From Octopus vulgaris (taxonomy: Eukaryota): 64,000 nt of DNA. The notes beneath the pieces are model-generated. The model had not been told where the DNA came from, did no database searches, and saw only the letters and a list, made by a program, of their open reading frames with translations. The position numbers were made by a program, and so were the translations under genes. Shown one piece after another: positions 52,641-64,000 of this stretch (the stretch's first letter is position 1; each line of letters begins with the position of its first letter). The stretch is taken from contig OX597818.1 of the NCBI GenBank assembly GCA_951406725.2, positions 135,532,001 to 135,596,000 of the forward strand, given 5' to 3'.

Positions 52641-52929
52641 TATCTATCTATCTATCTATCTCACACACACATACATTCTCATTTAACAGCTTCTCATAAT
52701 AGTGCTGCCATGCCTCTTTCTTTTTGCCATTGGTAATGACTGGTACTCCTCTATCATTTCATCTACATGTCTACACTTCTCCCAAATGGTAACTTGATTT
52801 ATTTCTGCCACTCTGTCTTGCAATCCAAAACATCTCATGGTTCTGATCCTCACATTGCAGAACATACACTAATCACTTCTTTTCTGTTTCTTCTCAAGCT
52901 ATGTAGAAAGTGTATCCCCAAAGTTTTCA

Positions 52930-53530
52930 GGATAGACTTTTATTAATTTGAAAGAAGTACAAAACTCTAATCTTCAAAATAAGGTCCTCTAACTTCAGTG
53001 CACTTGTTGTAGTGCTCTGCCCACTTCATGAAGGCCCCAAGGAAATCCTCCAAAGTGAAGTTATTCAGGACCCTTGTCATCTTCAGAATGAATGCTCCTG
53101 AGGTTCTTCAATTTGAGGAACAAATAAAAAAAAAATCACAGGTAGTAAGGTCTAGACCATAGGAAGGGTGAGGGACATTTTGATGCCCATCCCTGTCAAG
53201 TAGTTGGTTACCAGGAGGCTCATTGCTGAGCACCAGGAGAACAAACTTTGCATATATTTTGTGCATGTTCAGATCTTCATGAACAATTCTATGTACAGTT
53301 GTCACATCAACTCCAAATTGTATTCTTGCTGTCTTTATTGACACTCAACAGTTTTCATCCAGAAAATTGTGAATTTTCTCAAACAGCTCTGATGTTCTGA
53401 TATCCTTCTCCTTCCCACTCATGTCATTGTCTCTTCCTCTCTGCTGTCAGTGAAAAAGTTAATCCATGAGCAGTGCTTCATTGCATAGTAAGCTTCCAAA
53501 TGTCCCAACAGCATTCAGCAAAGTAGTCAG
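52930..53530 (-). pseudogene. Internally deleted mariner transposase relic
   Basis: TTVHRIVHEDLNMHKIYAKFV and VPHPSYGLDLTTCDFF (HPPYSPDLAPCDFF-like). Confidence 0.8.
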
Positions 53531-53669
53531 CTGTGACGAATAGTGTTTAGAAGAGTGTATTCAAAGTGCTGTTACAACCACCTCCTTTAATCTGGAATAA
53601 CAAAAGCTGGAAAGCCAGTTTATTAAATGTATACTAACGATGTACTGAAGTAACAATAATCTTGGACAT

Positions 53670-54102
53670 GGATCTTTTCGGTTTGAACGGCAGTTTTTTA
53701 ATATAATTTCCACGTAACTAAACACTTTTAAACTTCGTATACTGGTAGAATGTGTTTATAAAACATCTTTTTCTCTTGGCTTTATTGAGAAAATTCTATA
53801 GTTTGTAACATATTTGTTGTTTTTTTCTTCAATTTCTGCAATTTCAACCAATCAATGACGTCTATTGAAGGTGAAAACATTCTGTGCCATATGAATATGT
53901 CCCTCGTTTAAGAAACAGATTGGGTTTATTTACATTTCTGAAGAAAAAAAAGATACCCTTCCCCCCACCCTAACCCTAACCCTAACTAACCTTAACCCTA
54001 AAACAGATTGAAATGCAATAGATCGATACTAGGGTCATAATTATGGGTGGCAATTTCATATGACACCACTAGAAAAAACTGCCGTTCAAACCGAAAAGAT
54101 CC
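53670..54102. mobile_element. MITE with perfect 29-bp TIR and internal (CCCTAA)n
   Basis: ggatcttttcggtttgaacggcagttttt / aaaaactgccgttcaaaccgaaaagatcc. Flanks ttggacat / taggacag (6 of 8 match). Confidence 0.88.
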
Positions 54103-54474
54103 TAGGACAGTTTATAAAAGTCTTGTCTATAAAAAAAGTCTCAAAACCTCTGTATATTAAATATCTAGCTTCTATTCTAACTACTTGGGTAATACTGTCC
54201 ATTTTCTTCCTATTTCTCCAACCCTGTCCATTTGCTTTTAAGGTTCTGTCCACTGTAGTGTTCCAGCACATCCTTTGACTAAGACCTTGTACCAGCTACA
54301 GTCATATCTATTGTCTGTCTGTCTACCTATTTTGTTGTCTGACTGTCTGCCTATCTATCAAACTGTCTATCTGTTTAACCAAGTGCCTGTCTATCTCGCT
54401 GTCTGTCTGTCTATGTATATGTGTGTGTACCATATATAGTACATACATTACCCATACTTACCATAGCCATATTA

Positions 54475-54860
54475 AATAATAACTCTGAGCACCTTTTCAA
54501 ACTCCACCCATCTAACACCCATGGACATATTTACAAAGTCAGAAAACAGCACAGCTCCCATGACTTCAGGAAACATTTTTTCACGCTGAGAGTTGCTGAA
54601 GCATGGAACAAACTGCCGGCATCAGTTGTTAGTTGTCGGAGCACTGCATCCTTCAAAACTTCCATGCTTTCTGAGATTCGCCAACACTACACCTGATTTT
54701 CTCCCCTCCATACACACACAAGCATGTATCTGACTCATACATTGTTCGCTTTCCAGGCATTTCTACATTACTGCATGTACTTTATATGCACTTTCTGACA
54801 AGTTGTGGTGCACCTGAGCACTGTATACAATAATTTCATTATTATTATTTTATTATTATT
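54475..54860 (+). mobile_element. CR1-clade LINE 3' end
   Basis: THGHIYKVRKQ...RKHFFTLRVAEAWNKLPASVV...SFK is a typical CR1 C-terminus. (att)n tail. Confidence 0.88.
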
Positions 54861-55827
54861 AAATGCTTATCTAAGCTCTACCAAACGATTTTATTTTATT
54901 TTTTAAAATTTATTTCCTGTAAGCTAGAGGGCAGGACCCATTGGCCTGTGTGTTCTCCCCGTTTCATGAAATCAATATGGCTGATTGTGTGTGCCGTGTA
55001 TTCGATGTTAGTGATGAACAACAGTGGGGGGTGAGGTGGGTTGAAGATATATTTGGGACGATGAGGGGGAAAGCAGGGTGAATACACCGAGCAGGTTCGG
55101 AATAGGGGTTAATAAATAAGCAGCTTTATGATTCACGCTTGCCACTTGTTAGTAACAAATGCAAATAATAATTACACACACACACACACACATACATGTA
55201 TACATATACGTATACATATAAGCATTCTTACGTGTACACGCGCGCACACCATTATATTTTGCTCTTCTTTCTCCTCCCCTTTTTCCCAGGCTGATCAGAC
55301 TGCTTTGAAAGGAAACAACAGCAAAATGTTGATGATGATAATAATAATAATAATAATGATAATAATGATAATGATAATCAATAAATAAACAAAAACTACA
55401 ACGTGGACAGTTTGAGAGAGTTGCTAGACATGTTCAATGACTCATTCATATTAACATGCTTGAACACATACATGTAGGCTCTGTGTGTGAGTGTGTGTGT
55501 GTGTCTGTATTTGCTGCTTTCTTTCCTATTTTCTGTTGCCAATAAAAAACTGCTTTAATGATTTATCATTGAAACCCTATCATTTCCTCATCGTTTACTT
55601 AAAATAATTACAATACTTGCTACCTACAAGTAACTTCAAAGACAAGGAAAAGATCGTGTGCGTGTATGAAACACCTAAACTTGGTCTTTCATAGACTTTT
55701 TTTTTTATTTTAATAAAGTCAGTAGGAATTGAACTAAATAACTGTCTCTACTTTGTCTATTTCTGTCTATCTGTATTGTCTGTCTCTCTTTCCTCTTACA
55801 CTCTCTCTCCCTCTCTGTCTGTCTTTC

Positions 55828-55911
<84 letters not shown>

Positions 55912-56008
55912 TTTATGCATACATGCATGTGTATAGATAAATAGACAAATAGATATCAATACACTTATGGGTATACACACGTACATACACACACTCAGTT
56001 ATATAATA

Positions 56009-57401
56009 CTAGCAGAAATACCCGGCGTTGCTAGGGATTAAAATGGTATAGTTTGTATATATTACAGTTATGTTGAAACAGGTGATATGGGAAAGTGCAG
56101 CATTGACAACAAAATATGTGGAGTAAATGCTGGGCTGATTTGACTAAGCAACAGGCTATGCGTCCGTTTGGAGTATTTCAGGATCTCACCTGTCATGGAA
56201 AATTGAAGGTGGGGGTTATGTGATTTTTGAATGCACCGAAAAGCTGTCAGTGAATATACTCTCTTTTGCAGCAGTCAGGGCTGTGTCTAACACGACCCAT
56301 CATCTGAAATTTTAACACCTCCTTCGGGTTTGTTGTCCTACATCACTCATAAAGTAAATTTGGAGGAACTGTAGTTGTTCATTTGTGAGTAACAGAGAAC
56401 CAATGAGGTGATAGACTTGCCCTTGAACTTTGACGTTGGTGTAAATTCATGTTTATCTATCTTCTTAGATGCACCAAAAGATGTCATTTGAAATGCAGAG
56501 TTGTATTATCTGATATTGTTCAGAAAATCCTTTGACTGGATGGAAGTGCCTTCTAGAAGATCCATAAGAGGTTGAGAAGGAGTTGGTAGTGCTGGCAATG
56601 TTACCTGACCGACTGAGCAGCACATACCATTTGCTTCATTTGAAAGTTTTAAAGCTCTACAGAAACGACAATTTGTGTTTAGCACACTAATTTGGACAGA
56701 GTTACCATTTTTATAAGAATGGGATGGATCATATCTGAAAACAGGTTCAGGAGTTGTGGAGAACGAATTTGTACGTAGTCTGTTTCTGAGAGCTATTCTA
56801 CTGGGCCTCAGTCTAATCATTAAAACATTGATTTAATGATCCAGCATTAAATGCTGCAACATGCATTTGCTGATCTTGAGAAAATCTCATCTCTCTTCAG
56901 ACTCTTGCCTTCGGTTTTCTACAATCCTCCTTGCTTTATACTTGTTTCTGGAGAGATTAAATCTTTTCTGTGTTTCTTCCCACTCATTCTATAAAAATTT
57001 ATTTGAAGAGAGCAGAAATTGAAAGAAAAGAAAGTGTAAAGGACAGAGAAAGAAAGTGAAAGATGTATCTACGTTTCTATGAAATGGACGCACGTGTGTG
57101 AGAGAGAAAGAGTGAAAAAGAGAGATAGAGTGAGTGAGTGAAGGTATGTGTCTTGGTGGTTGATGTCTCTTAAGGTACATACACATAGAAAATGTGACGT
57201 CATTATATAAAATGTTTATGATAGTTGATTTATGGAAAAGATTATAATGTTAAATTTTTTAAATGTAAATATTTGAATGGAAATTAAGCTTAATTTGTAG
57301 CTGAAATAGTACTGAATCTTTTGATACCCCATATGTCAAAAATCTGTAACTCGGTTTTGGAATGCATAAGGAAAATATATATATATATATATATATATAG
57401 A
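56009..57401 (-). mobile_element. Internally deleted Helitron with RepHel N-terminal relic
   Basis: CRFCRALK...EANGMCCSVGQVTLPALPTP...FLNNIR*YNSAFQMTSFGA and KVQGQVYHLIGSLL. 3' hairpin ccctagcaacgccggg then CTAG|T at 56009-56012. TC start near 57401 (approximate). Confidence 0.88.
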
Positions 57402-57596
57402 TAGATAGATAGATAGATAGGACAGACTTCTTTCAAACTGAAAGTATTATCTCACATTAGAATAGAGACATAATACTGAAATAGTGTAAGAAATAACAGA
57501 TTGCTCTGAGCCAGAAGTTGGAAATTTATTTGGCCCATGACACTGCATGGACCTTGGCTTTTGTATTTGACGACTGTATTTCAATTTTATGTATAA

Positions 57597-57980
57597 CTAG
57601 CAGTATCGCCCGGCGTTGCTCAGGTTTGTAAGGGAAATAACTATAAAGCATTTTTTAGAGAGTTATAGGCAAAAAATAGCAAAAAAATGGAAAAAAATGA
57701 TGGTAAATTTTTTTGAGAGTAAAAAAAGGTGGAGTTGCGTCCCCTAGACAGTTTGCGGTTTGTGTTTCTGATTCTCGACCCCATGTCGAATTTATCGATT
57801 TTTTTCAGAACTGAGGGAACTTTTCAAAATTTTCGATGTGTTAGTTTTGAATTATGACATTGGGCTATGTGTGTGTCAAGTTTCATCAGAATCGGTTGAA
57901 AGCCGTGGTCAGGGTGAGGGTACAAGCAAACAGACACACAGAAACACGCACAGACAAACTGCCGTTTATATAGAGAGAGA
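57597..57980 (-). mobile_element. Non-autonomous Helitron
   Basis: A|TC at 57980, subterminal cctgagcaacgccggg hairpin, CTAG|T at 57597-57600, no TSD. Confidence 0.85.
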
Positions 57981-58599
57981 TATGTATGTATGAGCAAATG
58001 GGGGGGGGAGTCTACATGGTAGCTAGACCTGGTAGAAATAGCAGCCAAATCTCCCCCAAAACACCCTACTGTCTTAATCCGATAATTCTACCTATTATGT
58101 AGTTCGAATGAGAAACTCTCTCTAACTAAAGATTAAGATTATTAACCCCAAACTTGGACAGTGTTCAGTACTGGAGATGTTTGGTGATTGTATGTGGTGA
58201 TTACTTTTGACTGTTTCTTCTCAATAAGGATAATTGATTGATAACGAATCTTAACACAATATATATACAACTTCAAGTGGAATCAGACATCATAAGAGAG
58301 ACCGCATAGCGACGGTTTTGGCTGACTGTCATCTTGTACTCTCCTTGTTGCTTACGAAATGGTATTTGCTGGCTGTCTGAGCAAACATGTTGCTCTTAAT
58401 GGCAGAACAAACAGGACAAAGAGATTACAAAAATAGTGATCATCACTTTGAAACTAACAATTTTGAAGATCTATTTAGATTACGGAATGCCCCGCTCTCT
58501 CATGTATCCATATTTAAAATTTCAGCGTGACTGGATGAACAACACTCAAGTTATAAGCACACAAACAGACAGACAGACAGAATAGATTTTATATATTAG

Positions 58600-58641
<42 letters not shown>

Positions 58642-58859
58642 GCATACATGCATATACACACGCATGCACACACATACACATACAACTTTCTAGGCACTGA
58701 TGGACCAGAACCTCTTACCTACACTAATTTACGAGCAGAAACTTCAAATTTTCACAACCACAAAGCTAATTTAATGGGACTATACACAGATTAGTACTCT
58801 GTACAGTATTAATAAACTTGTAAACTAATGTACAGGTACCTATTCGTTTAATAATTTAA

Positions 58860-59760
58860 GTAAAGTTTTCAGACAAATTTTGTAAGCTTTAAATCCTGCT
58901 GTTGATTTTTCCTTCAGAAATAAAGTTCTAGCAGGCTTAAGCTTCTTGAAATGTGCAGTTTTATCAATCTTGTATAGCTGTTCTGGCATGTAGTTCCCTG
59001 CAACAACCATTTTTGCAGCTGCTCAGAATAATTAGTAGCAGCTTCTGCATCAGCACTGAAAACTTCACCAGTCATTTTTATGCTGTGCAAATTGAAGTGC
59101 TTCTTAAACTTTTCAAATCAGTCTTTACCAGCCAGAAAAAACTTTTTTATTAGAAGTGTCACCTTCCTCTTTCTGAAAATTGTTATACAAACTTTTGGCT
59201 TTTCGTTTTTAATTAACATTGTGCTTATGAGCACAATTATGTCAAGTCTGAACCTTGATCTATAAACTCAAGAGCTATTCCATTTTAAGTATCACATTAG
59301 ATGTATGCAAAAGTAAGATAAGCAGCTAACGGAGTAAATTCTTGCATACTTGATTTCCTTTTCTCTCTATTGTCATGTATTGTTTCCTCTGTAGACATTG
59401 CAAGCCTTAACCCTTTAGTGTTTAGAATACTCTGTTAAATGTAATACTTTTTCACTCAAATTGCTTTGAATTAATCAAGCATTATCTTATAGCTTTGAGG
59501 TTTCAATGATGTGATTGCTTATTTTCAGAATGGCATTGTAGGTTAGGAGTGAGAGGCTAGATATTGCCAGTTTGAATATAAAACATGTATAATATATTGG
59601 GCCGGATTTGGCCGGTTTAAACACTAAAGGGTTAAAGCTCTGGCAATGTGGCTGATTTTTCTCCTGCATCAATCCTTATTAAAATATCAAGTTTAATTAC
59701 CCATTGCAATTCTTTTACGGTTCCTTTTTGCACTGCTGCCTTCTGGTCCACTTGATGATT
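58860..59760 (-). pseudogene. Tigger/pogo (CENP-B-like) transposase relic interrupted by a MITE
   Basis: Minus translation KLDILIRIDAGEK, KAKSLYNNFQKEEG, *FEKFKKHFNLHSIKMTGEVFSADAEAA, GNYMPEQLYKIDKT, GFKAYK. Confidence 0.85.
59411..59631. mobile_element. piggyBac-like MITE
   Basis: TTAA|ccctttagtgttta ... taaacactaaaggg|TTAA. Same family as 11738. Confidence 0.9.
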
Positions 59761-59942
59761 TCATTCCAGATGTCTTGAATTACAGTTCATTTAACTGTGG
59801 CAGCAGTTATCTACAATAAATATGTAATGAAAAAAAATAACTCCAAGAAAGAAATGTTTTGTGAGAGCAAAACATTTTTCCTTATTCAATAGATGTAAAA
59901 ATGGAAAGAAGATGAAATGGTGAAGTAGTAAAGTGGGAGGGG

Positions 59943-60330
59943 GGAAGCACTCTGTCAGTTACGACGACGAGGGTTCCGGTTGATCCAAATCAACGGAACA
60001 GCCTGCTCGTGAAATTAATGTGTAAGTGGCTGAGCACTCCACAGACATGTGTACCCATAACGTAGTTTTCGAGGATATTCAGCGTGACACACAGAATGTG
60101 ACAAGGCCGGCCCTTTGAAATACAGGTACAACAGAAACAGGAAGTAAGAGTGAGAGAAAGTTGTGGTGAAAGAGTACAGCAGGGATCACCACCATCCCCT
60201 GCCGGAGCCTCGTGGAGCTTTTTAGGTGTTTTCGCTCAATAAACACTCACAACGCCCGGTCTGGGAATCGAAACCACGATCCTGTGACCGCAAGTCCGCT
60301 GCCCTAACCACTGGGCCATTGCGCCTCCAC
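59943..60330 (-). mobile_element. SINE family B with tail B1
   Basis: Full length. TSD aaagtgggagg. Confidence 0.92.
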
Positions 60331-62025
60331 AAAGTGGGAGGAAATACTGTATGGTTATAGAATGGTTACCATGTTCATGGGCACTTCACCTGGTGCTTCT
60401 ATAGTATGATAGCTACCTTGCTATTTGTGACCTACTGTAAATGACAATGCACTCTACCATACAACCCACTTATGGCCTTCAACAATTAATACTTCTAAGG
60501 ATCCCCCCTGACATTTGAGCAAGTTTATTTTTTTGCATATTCCTGGTGTTTAACGTACCTGGACACAAGTCACAGGTAAAGACTACTTTCTCTGTTAGTC
60601 TTCCAGTGATACCACTGCACATCTTATGTGTCCATAGTTTGCAATGGGAATAGAATTTCTCCCAGTACCTTTTCTACATATCAAGCAGTGTTGTCAATTC
60701 AAGACATTTTTTTCAGAAAACCCCAAAATAGTTACACCATTCCATAGCAAAACCGTTGCACTACACTTTGACAATTTTTTATATTTTAGCAGCTGGAGAT
60801 ACAATTGTTTAGCCAAAAGAACTGGCTATTGCAAGCAAAAATAAATATTGAAAAAAACACATTTGGCCAAATTTGGATATACAACAGTTTAACATAATAA
60901 CAACAATATATATATATAATATATATATCTTCCTTCTCACTATCCGGAAATATACTGATGTCAAATTTCTTAAGTTTTCAATGTTTAAACTTTTTGATTT
61001 AGTACAATTTCATTATAATTATCCCCCGCCTCTCTCTCTAATACCTCAATACAAAATATTTATATATATTTTATATTTTATCTAGTTTCAGCTCACGAGC
61101 TGTGGCCATGCTACGGCACTGCCAAATCAATGTTTAACTCAATTTTTTTTTTCTTTTTATACATTTTTTTATTCTTCGATTTACCACCTTCATTTCAGTC
61201 TTATTAATATTGGAATTGTTGATGTTGCCACCACCACCATCATCACTATTATTTTTATTTATTTATCTTTATTTCAAAAATCATGTCTGTTTTACCAGCT
61301 AAAATTTAACTTCATTCAGCAAAAGAAACATCTCATGTGAAAAAATACAAATAGAAATACTGTTATCCAATTTTTCTGTTAAAATAAAATATTTATTATA
61401 TATTTTTATATAAGGACCATACACACATACACACACACACACATGCACAGTGTCTCTTGATTTTTTTTCCTCTCCAGTATGGACCCCTCTTCCTTTCCTC
61501 ACAGCAATATCAATTTTTATTTATTTAACAATATATTATTTTTAGAGTAATTTATTTTTTATTTTGTTGTCTGAGACAATTTCTGTTATTCAGTTAAAGA
61601 AGTCTTTTAGTCCAAATTCTTATTGATTTCTTCCTTTATTTTATTTCTCTTTAAGTTATATTTCTAGAACTTTCTCATTATTGATTTATTTTGATTTAAT
61701 ACCAGTTTATGGTGATGGAGTTATTGAAGCAACATAATTATAGTCAATTCAATTGGTTTCAGTATATTACTGGTACATTAATACTAAATTGGCAGAGTTA
61801 TTAAAGCATCAGATGAAATGTTTGTGGCACACTATTTATTCTGGCACCTCACATTCTGAGTTCATATCTTGCTAAGATCAGATGTGCCGTTCATCATTCT
61901 AGGATCAATAAATAAAGTACTGATCCAGGGTGGGAGATTCATTTAGGAAATCATTAGAGAATTAGATAAGATGCCTTGTAGTATTTATTCCTGCTGTGTT
62001 CTGTGTTCAAATCCCACTGTGGCTT

Positions 62026-62770
62026 CAGGGCAGGATCAAGACCCATAAAGGCCCTGAGCACTTCGATTTTGGTGCCCACATATATAGAATTCAAAATATA
62101 AACAATAATAAACCAGAAAATAATGTTTATTTTTATATATTTCCACTTTATATATATGAAAAGTTTTCTACTTTTTTTAATTGCAAAGTCTTTGATCAGA
62201 TCTTCAAAATTAATCTTACGTAAAACATCTGCTTCTATACTTAGTATAGATAAGGCAGTGGAGGCGCAATGGCCCAATGGTTAGGGCAGCGGACTCGCGG
62301 TTTCGATTCCCAGAAAGGGCGTTATGAGTGTTTATTGAGCGAAAACACCTAAAAGCTCCACGAGGCTCCGGCAGGGGATGGTGGTGATCCCTGCTGTACT
62401 CTTTCACCACAACTTTCTCTCACTCTTACTTCCTGTTTCTGTTGTACCTGTATTTCAAAGGGCCGGCCCTGTCACTCTCTGTGTCACGCTGAATATCCCC
62501 GAGAACTACGTTAAGGGTACACGTGTCTGTGGAGTGCTCAGCCACTTACACGTTAATTTCACGAGCAGGCTGTTCCGTTGATTCGGATCAACCAGAACCA
62601 TCGTCGTCGTAACCGACGGAGTGCTTCCCATCCATAGATAAGGCATCCAGCCTACCTTGTTGGGGATTATTAATATACTTCAACTAAGAAAATGAATGCT
62701 CAGCTGAGCAATTTCTGATCATTAATGCTAAAAATATACGAAAGGCAATATCTACATTTGTAAAAGCACA
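62026..62770 (-). pseudogene. hAT transposase C-terminal dimerisation-domain relic with one TIR-like end
   Basis: AFTNVDIAFRIFLALMIRNCSAEHSFS*LK...RLDALSILSIEADVLRKINFEDLIKDFAIKKSRK once the SINE is removed. cagggcaggat end at 62026. Confidence 0.85.
62258..62630 (+). mobile_element. SINE family B with tail B1
   Basis: 12-bp TSD atagataaggca. Small head deletion between cgcgg repeats, also seen in the 14448 copy. Confidence 0.92.
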
Positions 62771-63757
62771 CACAATAATGTTTATTTTAGCAAATTGAAA
62801 GTAATTTCTTTTGTGCTATAAACCATTTACCATTTCTGTGGTGCTCCGCTTCCCTTGATGTCCTAAGCATGCACTTATTTTGCTGGCCTTATTCTATCAC
62901 CTAGTAAAACACCATTACCTGGACCTCTGTTGCAAGTATCTGAATTAGGTGCTTAGTTTGAAGTTACCTTCCTTTTTCTCTCCCACCAGTCTCAAAGACC
63001 CTGTAAAGGGTCGTAGGCATGCCTTTCTCTCCTGATTAAACAACAAAAATAAAAATTCAGAACTTTTAATTATTTTAGCCACCTTTGACTAATGAAAGGC
63101 AAAGATGAGATGGGCAAGATTTGAACTTGGAACACTAGGGACATGACCAAATACCACAAAAGTATGTTGTCCAATACTACAACAATTTACCATTCACTGC
63201 CATACAGTTAGTTCACTGCTGTACTCTTTGATTTAGGTTGACTCTCCTCCCAACAACAGTTCTTATTTACAACTATTTAACACACTACATGTTAAGACCT
63301 GGATTTTAGTGACTCTCAAACATGAGGAATATAATTTCACTCAGACTTCCATAATTATTCTATAATTCAGAAAGTTAAGTAACCGTGACATACTCCACAA
63401 AATTTAGAATAGTATTTGATGAAGAGAGAGAGAGAGAGAGAGATTATTGTGAATGGGTTAACATATTTTTATACGATATTATTCTGTTGTCATTCATACA
63501 TTTTGAAATTTATTTAAATGACTGACAGTCATTTGAATTCTGATACAGTCAATGCTATTTAATGATAACAATCATCTAGACAATGTTTTCTTTTATACAC
63601 AGTATGCAGCTAAAAATAAAGAGCATGTCAAACCTGAGAAGACCGTGTTTTCAATAGAACTGGATTAATGTTACATGTATAACTCTAGGCGAGAACAAGA
63701 TATGTTCTTGTTGAATGATGTTGCTTCACTGGACATTGTATAATTCTGTACTTTCTG

Positions 63758-63963
63758 TACTTGTTTCAGTCATTTGACTGCGGCCATGCTGGAGCACCGC
63801 CTTTTAGAGTGGTGAAAGAGTACAGCAGGGATCACCACCTCCTGCCGGAGCCTCGTGGAGCTTTTAGGTGTTTTCGCTCAATAAACACACACAACGCCCG
63901 GTCTGGGAATCGAAACCGCGATCCTCCGACCGCAAGTCCGCTGCCCTAACCACTAGGCCATTG
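63758..63963 (-). mobile_element. Chimeric SINE: family B head and body with family A tail
   Basis: B sequence 63806-63963 joined directly to aaggcggtgctccagcatggccgcagtcaaatgactgaaacaagta. Confidence 0.82.
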
Positions 63964-64000
63964 TCACACTTTGTACACAAAACCACATTCCTCTTTGTTT

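Larger units (their letters stand above)
50380..52870 (-). mobile_element. Heavily decayed RTE LINE RT region with nested younger insertions
   Basis: Minus translation GFVPRRGTANT and EKCLARSKLLYLAYINLEKLFNRV (FVDLEKAFDRV-like). Boundaries approximate. Confidence 0.7.

Noticed and set aside
53968-54001. Telomere or chromosome-fusion scar
   Set aside because: Only about five units and they sit inside a TIR-bounded MITE.

Overview
AT-rich, microsatellite-rich eukaryotic DNA that reads as intronic or intergenic. The tRNA-derived SINEs and TE mix suggest an octopus genome (inference from recalled repeat families, not a database result). I see no intact multi-exon gene; nearly all ORFs in the track are SINE, LINE or microsatellite artefacts. 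The window holds three abundant SINE groups (labelled A, B, C here), RTE, CR1, R4/Dong-like and L1/Tx1-like LINE remnants, mariner, Tigger and hAT transposase relics, several MITEs and Helitrons. There are two weak candidate first coding exons on the minus strand. The most notable observations: (1) a 2.76-kb insert at 41115-43872 made of one SINE head plus 15 tandem ~185-bp SINE bodies, bounded by a single 12-bp target-site duplication (TSD), with the same junction at a second locus; (2) a near-canonical type I hammerhead ribozyme at 37535-37579 plus variant and decayed ones; (3) the arrayed SINE shares its 3' tail with an L1/Tx1-like LINE end in the same window; (4) extensive head/body/tail swapping among the SINEs.
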